Source: Phycisphaerales bacterium
Lineage (GTDB): Bacteria; Planctomycetota; Phycisphaerae; Phycisphaerales; UBA1924
Reading direction: 5' to 3'
DNA length: 64,000 nucleotides
NCBI GenBank assembly: GCA_041742635.1
Contig: JBGSIF010000175.1
Span: 52-64,051, forward strand
Part shown: positions 9,412 through 17,453 of the stretch, one piece after another
How the letters are laid out: each line of letters starts with the position of its first letter
Numbering within the stretch: the first letter of the stretch is position 1
Position numbers and translations under genes: made by a program
Notes under the pieces: generated by a model
Seen by the model: only the letters and a program-made list of their open reading frames with translations
Database searches by the model: none
What the model was told of the DNA's origin: nothing

Positions 9412-11676
9412 ATGCCAAGCGTGGTTGAACCGGTCGGGAGGCCTGGGCGAGTGGAAGGCGCGGGGGCGAGCGAAGAAGTGATCGCACAGGCGTCACGTGC
9501 GCTGGAAGCGGGGATCGACGCTCTCTTTCGGAAACAGCGGACGGAGCGAGCGGACGCGAGCCGAGCGTGGGCACCGATGGCGGGGCGGCACTGGTGCGCG
9601 GAACTGGAGGGTGACTCGATCCTGTCGTCGGAATATTTGCTGATGAAGGTGATTCTGTCGCAGGAAAGCGAGCCGGAGGAGATGCCTCGGCTGCGTCGGA
9701 TAGCGAACCATCTGCGGCTGACGCAGCGGAAACCCGGTGTGACACTAGCGCATGAAGGGGTGGGTGGGTGGGGGCAGTATCCGGGGTCGCCGCCGGATGT
9801 GTCGGCGACGGTAAAGGCATACTTCGCGCTGAAGTTATTCGGGGACCATCCGGATGCGCCACACATGAAGGCGGCGCGCGAGTTGGTGCTGGCAATGGGG
9901 GGCGCGGAGAAGTGCAATACGTTCTCGACGTTTTACCTCGCGTGCCTCGGGCAGGTGACGTGGGATGCGTGTCCGGCGATACCGCCGGAGGTGGTGCTGC
10001 TGCCGCGATGGTTCCCGTTTCATATGGACAAAGTGGCGGCGTGGACGCGGACGATGATTTTGCCGCTGGCGTTGTGCTCGGCGCTGAGGCCGGTGCGGGC
10101 GTTACCGGAGGATCTGGGGATCGACGAACTGTTCATCGAGAAGAAGAAGTACAAGCACACGCTAGCGAAAGGGTGGAACAAGCAGAACCCGGTGGGTTGG
10201 CAGAACTTGTTTCTGGCGTGTGATCGGGTGCTGAAGTTTGTGCAGCGGCACGGGTTGTCGCCGGTGCGTGGGAAGGCGATACGTGAGGCGGAGCGGTGGA
10301 TTCTGTCACGGCTGGATTCGCGGACGACGGAGGGGTTGGGGGCGATATTTCCGCCGATGGTGTATGTGCAGATCGCGTTCAAAGCGCTGGGGTATGCGAG
10401 GAGCGAGCCGGTGATCCGGCAGGCGGAGCGAGACCTGGATGCGTTCATGGTGGAGGAGGCGAACGAGGACGCGACACTGGACCATGTGAGGTTGCAGCCG
10501 TGTTTCAGCCCGGTGTGGGATACGGGGATCGCGCTGTATGCGCTGACGGAAGCGGGGCTGGCGGCGTCGAACGACGAGCGGATCGCGCAGACGTGCGATT
10601 GGCTGCTCGATCGGCGCGTGAAGATGACGGGGGACTGGGTACGGAACCTGCGTGCGGAGGATCAGGGGATTCGACTCGGTGAGTCAGGCACTGGGCAGTC
10701 GGCACTGGGCGGTCGTGAAGAGACGGGGGCCGCGGCGTGGTCGTTTGAATACCACAACGACTGGTACCCGGATGTGGATGACACGGTGATGGTTGCCAAG
10801 GCGCTGTGGCGTGCTGGAGACCGCGCGGGTGAGACGAAGAACCGTGACGCGGCGAGAGCGGCGGTGCGGTGGGTTCTGGCGATGCAGAACGACGATGGCG
10901 GATGGGCCGCGTTTGACCGGACCAAGGATCGGCCATGGATGGAAGCGATCCCGTTCGCAGACCACAACGCGATGCAAGATCCGTCGTGCGCGGATATCAC
11001 GGGGCGGACCGTGGAGGCGCTCGTGACGTGCGGGGTGTCCGCGGCGCATCCATCGATCACGCGCGCGATCAAGTACATCCTCTCTCATCAGCAGCCGGAG
11101 GGGTGCTGGTGGGGGCGGTGGGGCGTGAACTATGTTTACGGGACGTGGCAGGCACTGGGGGGGCTTGTGTCGGCGGGGGTGGTGACGCCGGGGGCAGCGG
11201 TGCTGCATCCCGCGGCGGGAGCCGCGCTGGGGTGGGTGCGGAGCGTGCAGAATGAGGATGGGGGATTCGGCGAGACAGCGAACTCGTACTTGGATAGGGA
11301 GTGGATGGGGCGCGGGGCTTCGACCGCGTCGCAGACGGCGTGGGGGCTGGCGTGCTTGCTGTATTTGGTGACGACAGAGGACGAGGGAGTGCGGCGTGCG
11401 GCGGCGTGGCTGGCACGCAACCAAGTGGTGGAGGACAAGCCGGCGTATGCAGCGGCAAAGAATGTGGACCCCGGCGCGGTGAACGCGGATTGGGAGCGGC
11501 TGGCGCGGTTCGATTTCTCTCCTGAGTTTCGTGGAGGGTGGCACGAACATCACTTCACGGGGACAGGGTTCCCGCGGGTGTTTTATTTGAGGTACAACCT
11601 GTACCGACACTACTTTCCGGTGATGTCGCTGGCGCGGTACGTTCGGCTGGCGCGCGCGGAGCGGGGGCGTGCATGA
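9412..11676 (+). CDS. shc: squalene-hopene cyclase
   Basis: Catalytic DVDDT (WYPDVDDTVMV). Repeated QW-type motifs (QNDDGGWAAF, QNEDGGFGE, QQPEGCWWGRWG). C-terminal GFPRVFYLRYNLYRHYFP. Confidence 0.9.
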   Translation: MPSVVEPVGRPGRVEGAGASEEVIAQASRALEAGIDALFRKQRTERADASRAWAPMAGRHWCAELEGDSILSSEYLLMKVILSQESEPEEMPRLRRIANHLRLTQRKPGVTLAHEGVGGWGQYPGSPPDVSATVKAYFALKLFGDHPDAPHMKAARELVLAMGGAEKCNTFSTFYLACLGQVTWDACPAIPPEVVLLPRWFPFHMDKVAAWTRTMILPLALCSALRPVRALPEDLGIDELFIEKKKYKHTLAKGWNKQNPVGWQNLFLACDRVLKFVQRHGLSPVRGKAIREAERWILSRLDSRTTEGLGAIFPPMVYVQIAFKALGYARSEPVIRQAERDLDAFMVEEANEDATLDHVRLQPCFSPVWDTGIALYALTEAGLAASNDERIAQTCDWLLDRRVKMTGDWVRNLRAEDQGIRLGESGTGQSALGGREETGAAAWSFEYHNDWYPDVDDTVMVAKALWRAGDRAGETKNRDAARAAVRWVLAMQNDDGGWAAFDRTKDRPWMEAIPFADHNAMQDPSCADITGRTVEALVTCGVSAAHPSITRAIKYILSHQQPEGCWWGRWGVNYVYGTWQALGGLVSAGVVTPGAAVLHPAAGAALGWVRSVQNEDGGFGETANSYLDREWMGRGASTASQTAWGLACLLYLVTTEDEGVRRAAAWLARNQVVEDKPAYAAAKNVDPGAVNADWERLARFDFSPEFRGGWHEHHFTGTGFPRVFYLRYNLYRHYFPVMSLARYVRLARAERGRA

Positions 11677-12125
11677 AACGGTACCTGTGCCTGGACTTGG
11701 GCGACAAACGGACGGGGGTGGCAGTGGGGGACACGGTGCTGCGGATCGCGTCGCCGGTGACGGTGCTGGAGGTGGGAGTGCAGGAGCACGCGGGGGATGC
11801 ACTGCTGGAAGCAATCGCACGGGTGTGCGAGGAGCAGTTGGGGAGGGACGGTGAGTTGGTGGTGGGGCTGCCGCTGAATATGGATGGAACGGAAGGGGCG
11901 CGGGCGAAGATGGTGCGTGCGCTGGCCGCAAGGATCGAGGCAAGGACGAAGCGTGCGGTGACGTATCGGGACGAGCGGCTGAGTTCGGTCGCGGCGGACT
12001 GGACGATGGCGCAGTCTGGACTCACACACAAACAGAAGAAACAGCGGCGTGATGCACTGGCGGCGGCGAATATCTTGCAAGGGATGCTGAACGAAAACAG
12101 CCCCGCGGGTGCGGGGCCGAAGTGA
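11673..12125 (+). CDS. ruvX: YqgF/RuvX-type putative pre-16S rRNA nuclease / Holliday junction resolvase-like protein
   Basis: MKRYLCLDLGDKRTGVAVGD...VVGLPLNMDGTEG...DERLSS is the YqgF signature. The start overlaps the shc stop (ATGA). Confidence 0.85.
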   Translation: MKRYLCLDLGDKRTGVAVGDTVLRIASPVTVLEVGVQEHAGDALLEAIARVCEEQLGRDGELVVGLPLNMDGTEGARAKMVRALAARIEARTKRAVTYRDERLSSVAADWTMAQSGLTHKQKKQRRDALAAANILQGMLNENSPAGAGPK

Positions 12126-12186
12126 GAAGAACATCAGTGCTGAGGATGATCAAAGAACTCGCGTGAGCTGGGATCCCGGCCATTTG

Positions 12187-12254
12187 GGCTCGCCAAAGAG
12201 GCGGCCCGGAGGTCCGCGGATAACGGGAGAAACGGCTCGGAGAGCCGTTGCACC
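12187..12254 (-). repeat. structured intergenic repeat (copy X), includes a terminator-like hairpin at 12231-12249
   Basis: Its reverse complement shares ordered blocks with 36966-37075: GGTG.AACGGCTCTCC, CCGTTTC and GGACCTCCGGGCCGC. The hairpin AACGGCTC-GGA-GAGCCGTT lies ~25 nt past the stop of 12274..13743. Confidence 0.6.
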
Positions 12255-12273
12255 AAAGACGTGATCGAGCGCA

Positions 12274-13743
12274 TCAGCAGCCGGTGAAGTAGGCGTCGAG
12301 GAAATCGAAGAAATCGAGGACGTTGACGACGGAATCGTTATTGACGTCGGCGGCATCATCGTTGGCAAAGAAGGCGGCGAGGAAGGAGAAGAAGTCGCGG
12401 AAATCGATGTTGCCATCGGCGTTGAAGTCGGCAATGCAGACGGGCTGGAAGTAGTTCCGTGCGATGTACTGACCGAGGCTCAGGCCGGAGATGTTGCCGT
12501 CGACGGCATCGAAGCGCCAGTGGACGCCGAGGTAGATTCGGCTCAGCGCGTTCTCCCAAGCGGCATCGGTGAATCGGTTGAAGGTGCGAGCGGGCGGAGT
12601 CTGGCCGGGGTAGAGGTCGGCGTAGAAGGGATCTTCGGAGGTGGCGGTGAAGGTAACGTTGTCGGTGCCGAAGAACTCGCGGAGGACGCCGGCATGAGCG
12701 GCACCGAACGTGGCGTGCCCGGAGACCCAGGCGGGGAAGGGAGGGGTGAAGGTGTTGAGGGGGAGCCAGGCGGGGTCGGCGACAGTGCGAGAGTTATTAT
12801 CGATCGCGCCGTTGCGGATGCCGGTGATGGGGCGCCAGAGATCGACGTTAGTGAGGTATTTCATGTCCCAGGCGACGACACCGGCATCGCCCATGGCGAG
12901 GCCCACGAGGCCGAAGAGACGGGCGTTCTCGGCGAGGGAGAGGCCTTGCTGATTGGAGATTTCGGTGGTGATGCTCAGAAGGTGTCCCGGCGGCTTGTAG
13001 GTAGCGTTGACGTCGTTGGCCCAGAAGAAAGCGATGTCGGTCTGATCGGACGTGCGTGTGGTGCTGTTGCGTGAGCCGTAGGACTTCACTTCGTTGAAGT
13101 TGTCGGCATAGGCCCGGCTGCGGAGCAGCGCGTTCATGTTCCAGAATCCGGCGGGGCCGGGACGACGGAACTGGGTAGGGTGTGTCATGGCGAAGGGGGT
13201 GGTGAGGCCCCAGTTGGGAGAGAAAGGAGCGGTATCGGAGGGGAGGTCTTCGGGGGTGCGGTAGTCGCCGGGGTTGGTGCCGAAGGTGTAGGGGGTGCTG
13301 TTGTCGGAACCGTCGCTGGCGCGAGCGGTGATGATCTGAGCAGCGGCGGCGACGCCGACGGCGATGCCGTCGGTTTTGGCTTGGCCGTCGGGGATCAGGT
13401 CGAGGCGATCATCGAGTTCGTCATTAAACGTGCTGGCCTGCGCGGGGTAGACATGGACGAGTACGGCGTGGCACGCGGCGGAGATGGCGGCTTCGGGCGA
13501 AGCACCCGTGGGAGCGGAGACGTAGGCGATATAGGGGGTGTGGGAGCGGTCGATGGAGTTGAAGGCCTCGAACATGGCGGCGTGGGTCATGGCGATCGCG
13601 CGGCCAATGGGACAGGGTGGGCCGCCGTTGACGCGGATGGACTGTTGGACCATGCCGCTCCAGTGAGTAACTTCGTCGGCATGGCAGACGGAACCGGTCG
13701 AAGCGAGCACGCCGATGGTGCTGAGGAGTGCGATGTGTTTCAT
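12274..13743 (-). CDS. secreted PAP2/vanadium-haloperoxidase-like enzyme with C-terminal dockerin-like GC tail
   Basis: Signal peptide present. Motifs DLWRP, PAWVSGHATFG and SRIYLGVHWRFD match the acid-phosphatase/V-haloperoxidase signature (KxxxxxxRP, PSGH, SRxxxxxHxxxD). Tail: CIADFNADGNIDFRDFFSFLAAFF...NVLDFFDFLDAYFTGC. Confidence 0.75.
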   Translation of the reverse strand: MKHIALLSTIGVLASTGSVCHADEVTHWSGMVQQSIRVNGGPPCPIGRAIAMTHAAMFEAFNSIDRSHTPYIAYVSAPTGASPEAAISAACHAVLVHVYPAQASTFNDELDDRLDLIPDGQAKTDGIAVGVAAAAQIITARASDGSDNSTPYTFGTNPGDYRTPEDLPSDTAPFSPNWGLTTPFAMTHPTQFRRPGPAGFWNMNALLRSRAYADNFNEVKSYGSRNSTTRTSDQTDIAFFWANDVNATYKPPGHLLSITTEISNQQGLSLAENARLFGLVGLAMGDAGVVAWDMKYLTNVDLWRPITGIRNGAIDNNSRTVADPAWLPLNTFTPPFPAWVSGHATFGAAHAGVLREFFGTDNVTFTATSEDPFYADLYPGQTPPARTFNRFTDAAWENALSRIYLGVHWRFDAVDGNISGLSLGQYIARNYFQPVCIADFNADGNIDFRDFFSFLAAFFANDDAADVNNDSVVNVLDFFDFLDAYFTGC

Positions 13744-13858
13744 GTAAGTGCCTTTCGCGGGTGGGCCGCTAGGAGACGAATCGGGACAAAGAACTGTTCA
13801 GGACAAGAACCTTCAACGGGTACAAGGACGCCATGCAGAGAAGCGACAAAGGTGAAGA

Positions 13859-13886
13859 GGTGGCGCCGCGGTCAAGCGGGGCCACC
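13859..13886 (-). terminator. candidate terminator of 13927..15387
   Basis: On the minus strand, GGTGGCCCCGC-TTGACC-GCGGCGCCACC forms an 11-bp stem with one mismatch. A moderately U-rich tract follows. Confidence 0.4.
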
Positions 13887-13926
13887 GTGAAAAGCAAGAA
13901 CGATCGCGGCGGTGGACTGAAAAGGA

Positions 13927-15387
13927 TCAGCAGCCGACGAAGAATGTGGTGAGGAAGTCGAAGAAGTCCTGAGAGTTGTTGATGCCGTCACGATTGAAGT
14001 CGGAGGCGGGAGACTGGGCAAAGAAGGCGGTGATGAAGTCGAAGAAATCCTGAGAGTTGGAGAAGCCGTCGGAGTTGAAGTCGGCACGACAGACGGGGAG
14101 GAAAAGGGACTGTCCGACCATGTGCCCGATGGCAAAGCCGGCGGCGTTACCGTCGGAGGCATCGAAGGGGAAGTGGACGCCGAGGTAGACACGGCTGACG
14201 CCGTTCTCTATGGCGGCTTCGGCGAAACTGTTGAACGTTCGTGGGCCGCTTTCGGGGAGTGCGTTGTAGAAGGGGTCTTCGGAGTCACAGGTGAAGGTGA
14301 CGCTGTCGGTGCCGAAGAACTCGGCCATAACGCCGGCGTGAGCGGCGCCGAAGGTGGCGTGGCCGGAAATCCATGCGGGGAACGGCGGTGAGAAGGGATT
14401 GATGGATTCCCAGTTGGGGTCGGCGATGGTACCGGGGTTGCCGTCGTTAGCGGCACTTCGGATGGCTGAGACGGGGCGCCAGAGGTCGATATCGGTGGAC
14501 CACTTGGCGTGCCATGCGGCGATGCCTGCGTCCCCCATGGAGATGGCGACGAGGGCGAAGAGGCGGGCGTTCTGGCTGAGTGAAAGAGCGTGATCTTCGG
14601 AGACGACACGGGTGATGTCAAAGAGATGGCCCGGCGGCTTGTAGGTGCCGTTGACATCGTTGGCCCAGAAGAAGGCGATTTTGGTTTGCTCGGCGGTGCG
14701 TACGGTGCTGAAGCGTGCGCCGTAGGCTTTGACGGCGTTGACCTGAGCGGCGTAGGCGGGGCTTTGGATGAGGGCCGCCATGGACGTGAAGCCGAGGGGA
14801 CCGGCGGGGACGTATTGGCGGACGTCAACGCCGGAGAATGACGCGACTTGGCCCCACTGTGGATTGCACTCTGGGTTGAAGGAAGGGGGCGTTGGGACGT
14901 AATCGCCCGGGGCGGTGCCGTAGGTGTAGGGGGTATCGATGAGGGAGCCGTCGTCTTCACGCTCGGCGAGGATCTGATCGGCGGCGGCGATACCAACGGC
15001 GATGCCGGCGGTCTTCGGTGCACCGTCGGGGATGAGCGCAAGGCGTGCGTTGTATTCGTTGGTAAGGGGCGTGATCGAGCCGGGGAAGAGGACGGACATG
15101 GCCCTGAAGGCAGCGGCGGAGACGGCGGCTTCTTTGGAGGCCGACGAGGCGGCGGGGATATAGGCGCGGTAAGGGGTGTGGGTGCGTTCGATGGAGTTGA
15201 TGGCTTCAAAGACGGCGATGTGTGTGATCGCGCCGGCGCGAGCGAGCGGGCAGGGGCAGCCGGTGCCGAAGTCCAGCCGGTACAAGTCCAGCATGACGTC
15301 GTTCCAGTGAGTGACTTCGTCTGCGTTGCAGACGGGAGCCGCCGCGGCGATGAGGCCGATGGCGGCGAATCGTTTCCAGCTTTTCAT
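13927..15387 (-). CDS. secreted PAP2/vanadium-haloperoxidase-like enzyme with dockerin-like GC tail (tandem paralog)
   Basis: Colinear with 12274..13743: ADEVTHW, FFWANDVNGTYKPPGH, DLWRP, PAWISGHATFGAAHAG, SRVYLGVHFPFD. Tail: [24 protein letters not shown]...[17 protein letters not shown]. Start moved to ATG 15387 (MKSWKRFAAIGLIAAAA). Confidence 0.75.
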   Translation of the reverse strand: MKSWKRFAAIGLIAAAAPVCNADEVTHWNDVMLDLYRLDFGTGCPCPLARAGAITHIAVFEAINSIERTHTPYRAYIPAASSASKEAAVSAAAFRAMSVLFPGSITPLTNEYNARLALIPDGAPKTAGIAVGIAAADQILAEREDDGSLIDTPYTYGTAPGDYVPTPPSFNPECNPQWGQVASFSGVDVRQYVPAGPLGFTSMAALIQSPAYAAQVNAVKAYGARFSTVRTAEQTKIAFFWANDVNGTYKPPGHLFDITRVVSEDHALSLSQNARLFALVAISMGDAGIAAWHAKWSTDIDLWRPVSAIRSAANDGNPGTIADPNWESINPFSPPFPAWISGHATFGAAHAGVMAEFFGTDSVTFTCDSEDPFYNALPESGPRTFNSFAEAAIENGVSRVYLGVHFPFDASDGNAAGFAIGHMVGQSLFLPVCRADFNSDGFSNSQDFFDFITAFFAQSPASDFNRDGINNSQDFFDFLTTFFVGC

Positions 15388-15697
15388 AGAGAAACCCTTA
15401 TCTACGTGTGAGCCACGGGACAAAAGGATCAAAGGAAGAACAGGAGCGCAGGAAAACCAACGCTGTGGAGCGGCCTCGTCAGACTGAACTTGTAGAAACT
15501 GAAGCGTCGGGACTACGCGGTGCCGAGCCTGGACTTGTCGTCCACTTCCAACTCACGCTCGATACGTTATTGAATGTATCCCAACGTGCGGAAACTGCAA
15601 GGAAGGTCCGAATGAATTATTCCCAAAAGTCAAGAATATTCGGACTATATGTAAAATCAAGTGGCTTATTTACGTACACAATACTAACAAATTGTCG

Positions 15698-16696
15698 CTA
15701 TCGTCTCAATGATTGGCGATACGACGTAATGGTCATGCGTAAAGCGACTTCAAGAGGGGTAGATTGCGGATCGAGGCGTTGAGGGTCGCCGACGGATTTA
15801 ATCAGTGGATGTTGGAGTGAGGACGCGTCGGCAGCGGGGCACGAGAGGCGATGGAACTCGGCGAGCGCTGAAGCGGCGCGGCGATCCAGGGTGCCGGCGA
15901 TGCGGCGTGCGAGTGTGGAAAGTGATGCGACACGCGGTTCGTCATGTACACCATTGGGTGCGCCGGACGGGGTGGTGAGACGGATGGCGGCGGTGGCGAG
16001 TTGCGTGAGGAAGGCTTGCTGCGACCCGGTGATGTGGGGCACATGGAGAAGCAAGACCGAGCCGGTATTGGGAGACAGGACCGGTGTTGTGATGACGAAG
16101 TCGGTGAGCAGCCGAGCGGCATCGGGGGCGTAGGTCCAGGTGGAGGGAGCGTTCAGGTCGCCGGGGAAGCGAAGGGTTTTCCAATCGAGGGCGGCACGGC
16201 AGAGTGAATCGATGATCCAGTGACGGACGGTGGGGCCGAAGAGGGGACCGATGGAAACCAAGGTGAGTCTCATGCGTGCGTCGGTAGCGGCGGATGTGAG
16301 AGAAGGATTGGTGGAGACGGAGTCGGCATCGGGGAAGGGAACAGGAGCGACGATGTGGGTGGGGGGGGCGTCGGCGGGGCGGGCGGGGAGTTTGGCGACG
16401 AGTGCCGCAAGACGCGCGAGTTCGGCGGGGCGTGACTCGTGAGTGAACGGAAGGGCGACGACAACGGCGCGGCAATCACGCATGGCGCCGAGGAGAGCGG
16501 CGTCGTCGGCGGTATCGCCGGTGAGGTAGGTGGCGTTGGCGCGATTGCCGAAACGGCGTCGCGCGAGTTCAAGGTCGCGGATGAAGAGGCGGACGGGGAC
16601 GCCGCGGGAAAGGAGTTCGAGCGCGGCGGCGGCCCCGAAGGAGCCGGTCGCGCCGAGCACGAGGACGTGGGAAGCATCATCGACCGGCTTAGGCAT
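15698..16696 (-). CDS. NAD(P)-binding Rossmann protein (NmrA/SDR-like)
   Basis: N-terminal VLVLGATGSFGAAAALELLSRG dinucleotide-binding motif. Confidence 0.6.
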   Translation of the reverse strand: MPKPVDDASHVLVLGATGSFGAAAALELLSRGVPVRLFIRDLELARRRFGNRANATYLTGDTADDAALLGAMRDCRAVVVALPFTHESRPAELARLAALVAKLPARPADAPPTHIVAPVPFPDADSVSTNPSLTSAATDARMRLTLVSIGPLFGPTVRHWIIDSLCRAALDWKTLRFPGDLNAPSTWTYAPDAARLLTDFVITTPVLSPNTGSVLLLHVPHITGSQQAFLTQLATAAIRLTTPSGAPNGVHDEPRVASLSTLARRIAGTLDRRAASALAEFHRLSCPAADASSLQHPLIKSVGDPQRLDPQSTPLEVALRMTITSYRQSLRR

Positions 16697-16774
16697 CGCG
16701 TGGGTATCGAACCGGGGAGGTCGAAACCTTGAGGAGAAGTTGAAGCGGTGCGCGATGCGTGGGTAATGCCGGGA

Positions 16775-17386
16775 TCATGCGGAGGAAGGTGGGGGCTTGA
16801 CCCAACGGGACATGAGGATGTCGTGGACATACTCCTCGGTATCGAGTTTGAAGAAGTCGCGGCGGATGCCTTCCTTTGCGAAGCCCAAGCGTGAGTAGAG
16901 GCGACGGGCACCGAGGTTGGACTCGAAGACGCCGAGGTAGATTTTTTCGATGAACTCGTGTGGTGTGGCCCAATCGATGAGAGTCTGGATGAGTGCCCGG
17001 CCGATGCCTTGCCCGCGCCAGTCTTGGACGACGCTAATACCGAAATCGCCGTGGTGCTGAACTCGGCGGCGGGAGCCGCAGCGGAAACTGAGTTCGCCGA
17101 GGAGACGGTGTGGTTGCGCAGGTGAGGCAGGCTCATGGTCTGGTTCGGCTGGGACTTGATCGGCGACGAGGAGGAGCCAGCCGGGGTTGGTGAGGTAGTC
17201 GGTGATCCAAGCGCGGATCTTGGTTGGGTCGGTATCGACCTCGTCGAGGGTGGTAACGTTGTGTTCGCTGGTTCGGGCCATGTGCCGGCGGAGAAGAATG
17301 AAGGCGGGCGCGTCGTCGGGGGTGGCGGGACGGACGCGGATGTCGCCGAGGGGGGTGGGTACGGTGCGGGATTGGGTGGTGCCCAT
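16775..17386 (-). CDS. GNAT-family N-acetyltransferase
   Basis: Acetyl-CoA motif A: VVQDWRGQGIGRALI...ARRLYSRLGF. Confidence 0.8.
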   Translation of the reverse strand: MGTTQSRTVPTPLGDIRVRPATPDDAPAFILLRRHMARTSEHNVTTLDEVDTDPTKIRAWITDYLTNPGWLLLVADQVPAEPDHEPASPAQPHRLLGELSFRCGSRRRVQHHGDFGISVVQDWRGQGIGRALIQTLIDWATPHEFIEKIYLGVFESNLGARRLYSRLGFAKEGIRRDFFKLDTEEYVHDILMSRWVKPPPSSA

Positions 17387-17453
17387 GAGAGATCTTTGTC
17401 AGGGGAAAGGGCGTGGGCGCGGTAGAAGGTTGGTCGGTCCCACTTTACGGTGA

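Noticed and set aside
8411-9895. The full 494-aa minus-strand ORF in the track.
   Set aside because: Its first ~220 codons are Pro/Ser-rich and run antisense through the shc start region. An internal ATG at 9226 gives a textbook lipoprotein signal, so the ORF was trimmed to 8411..9226.
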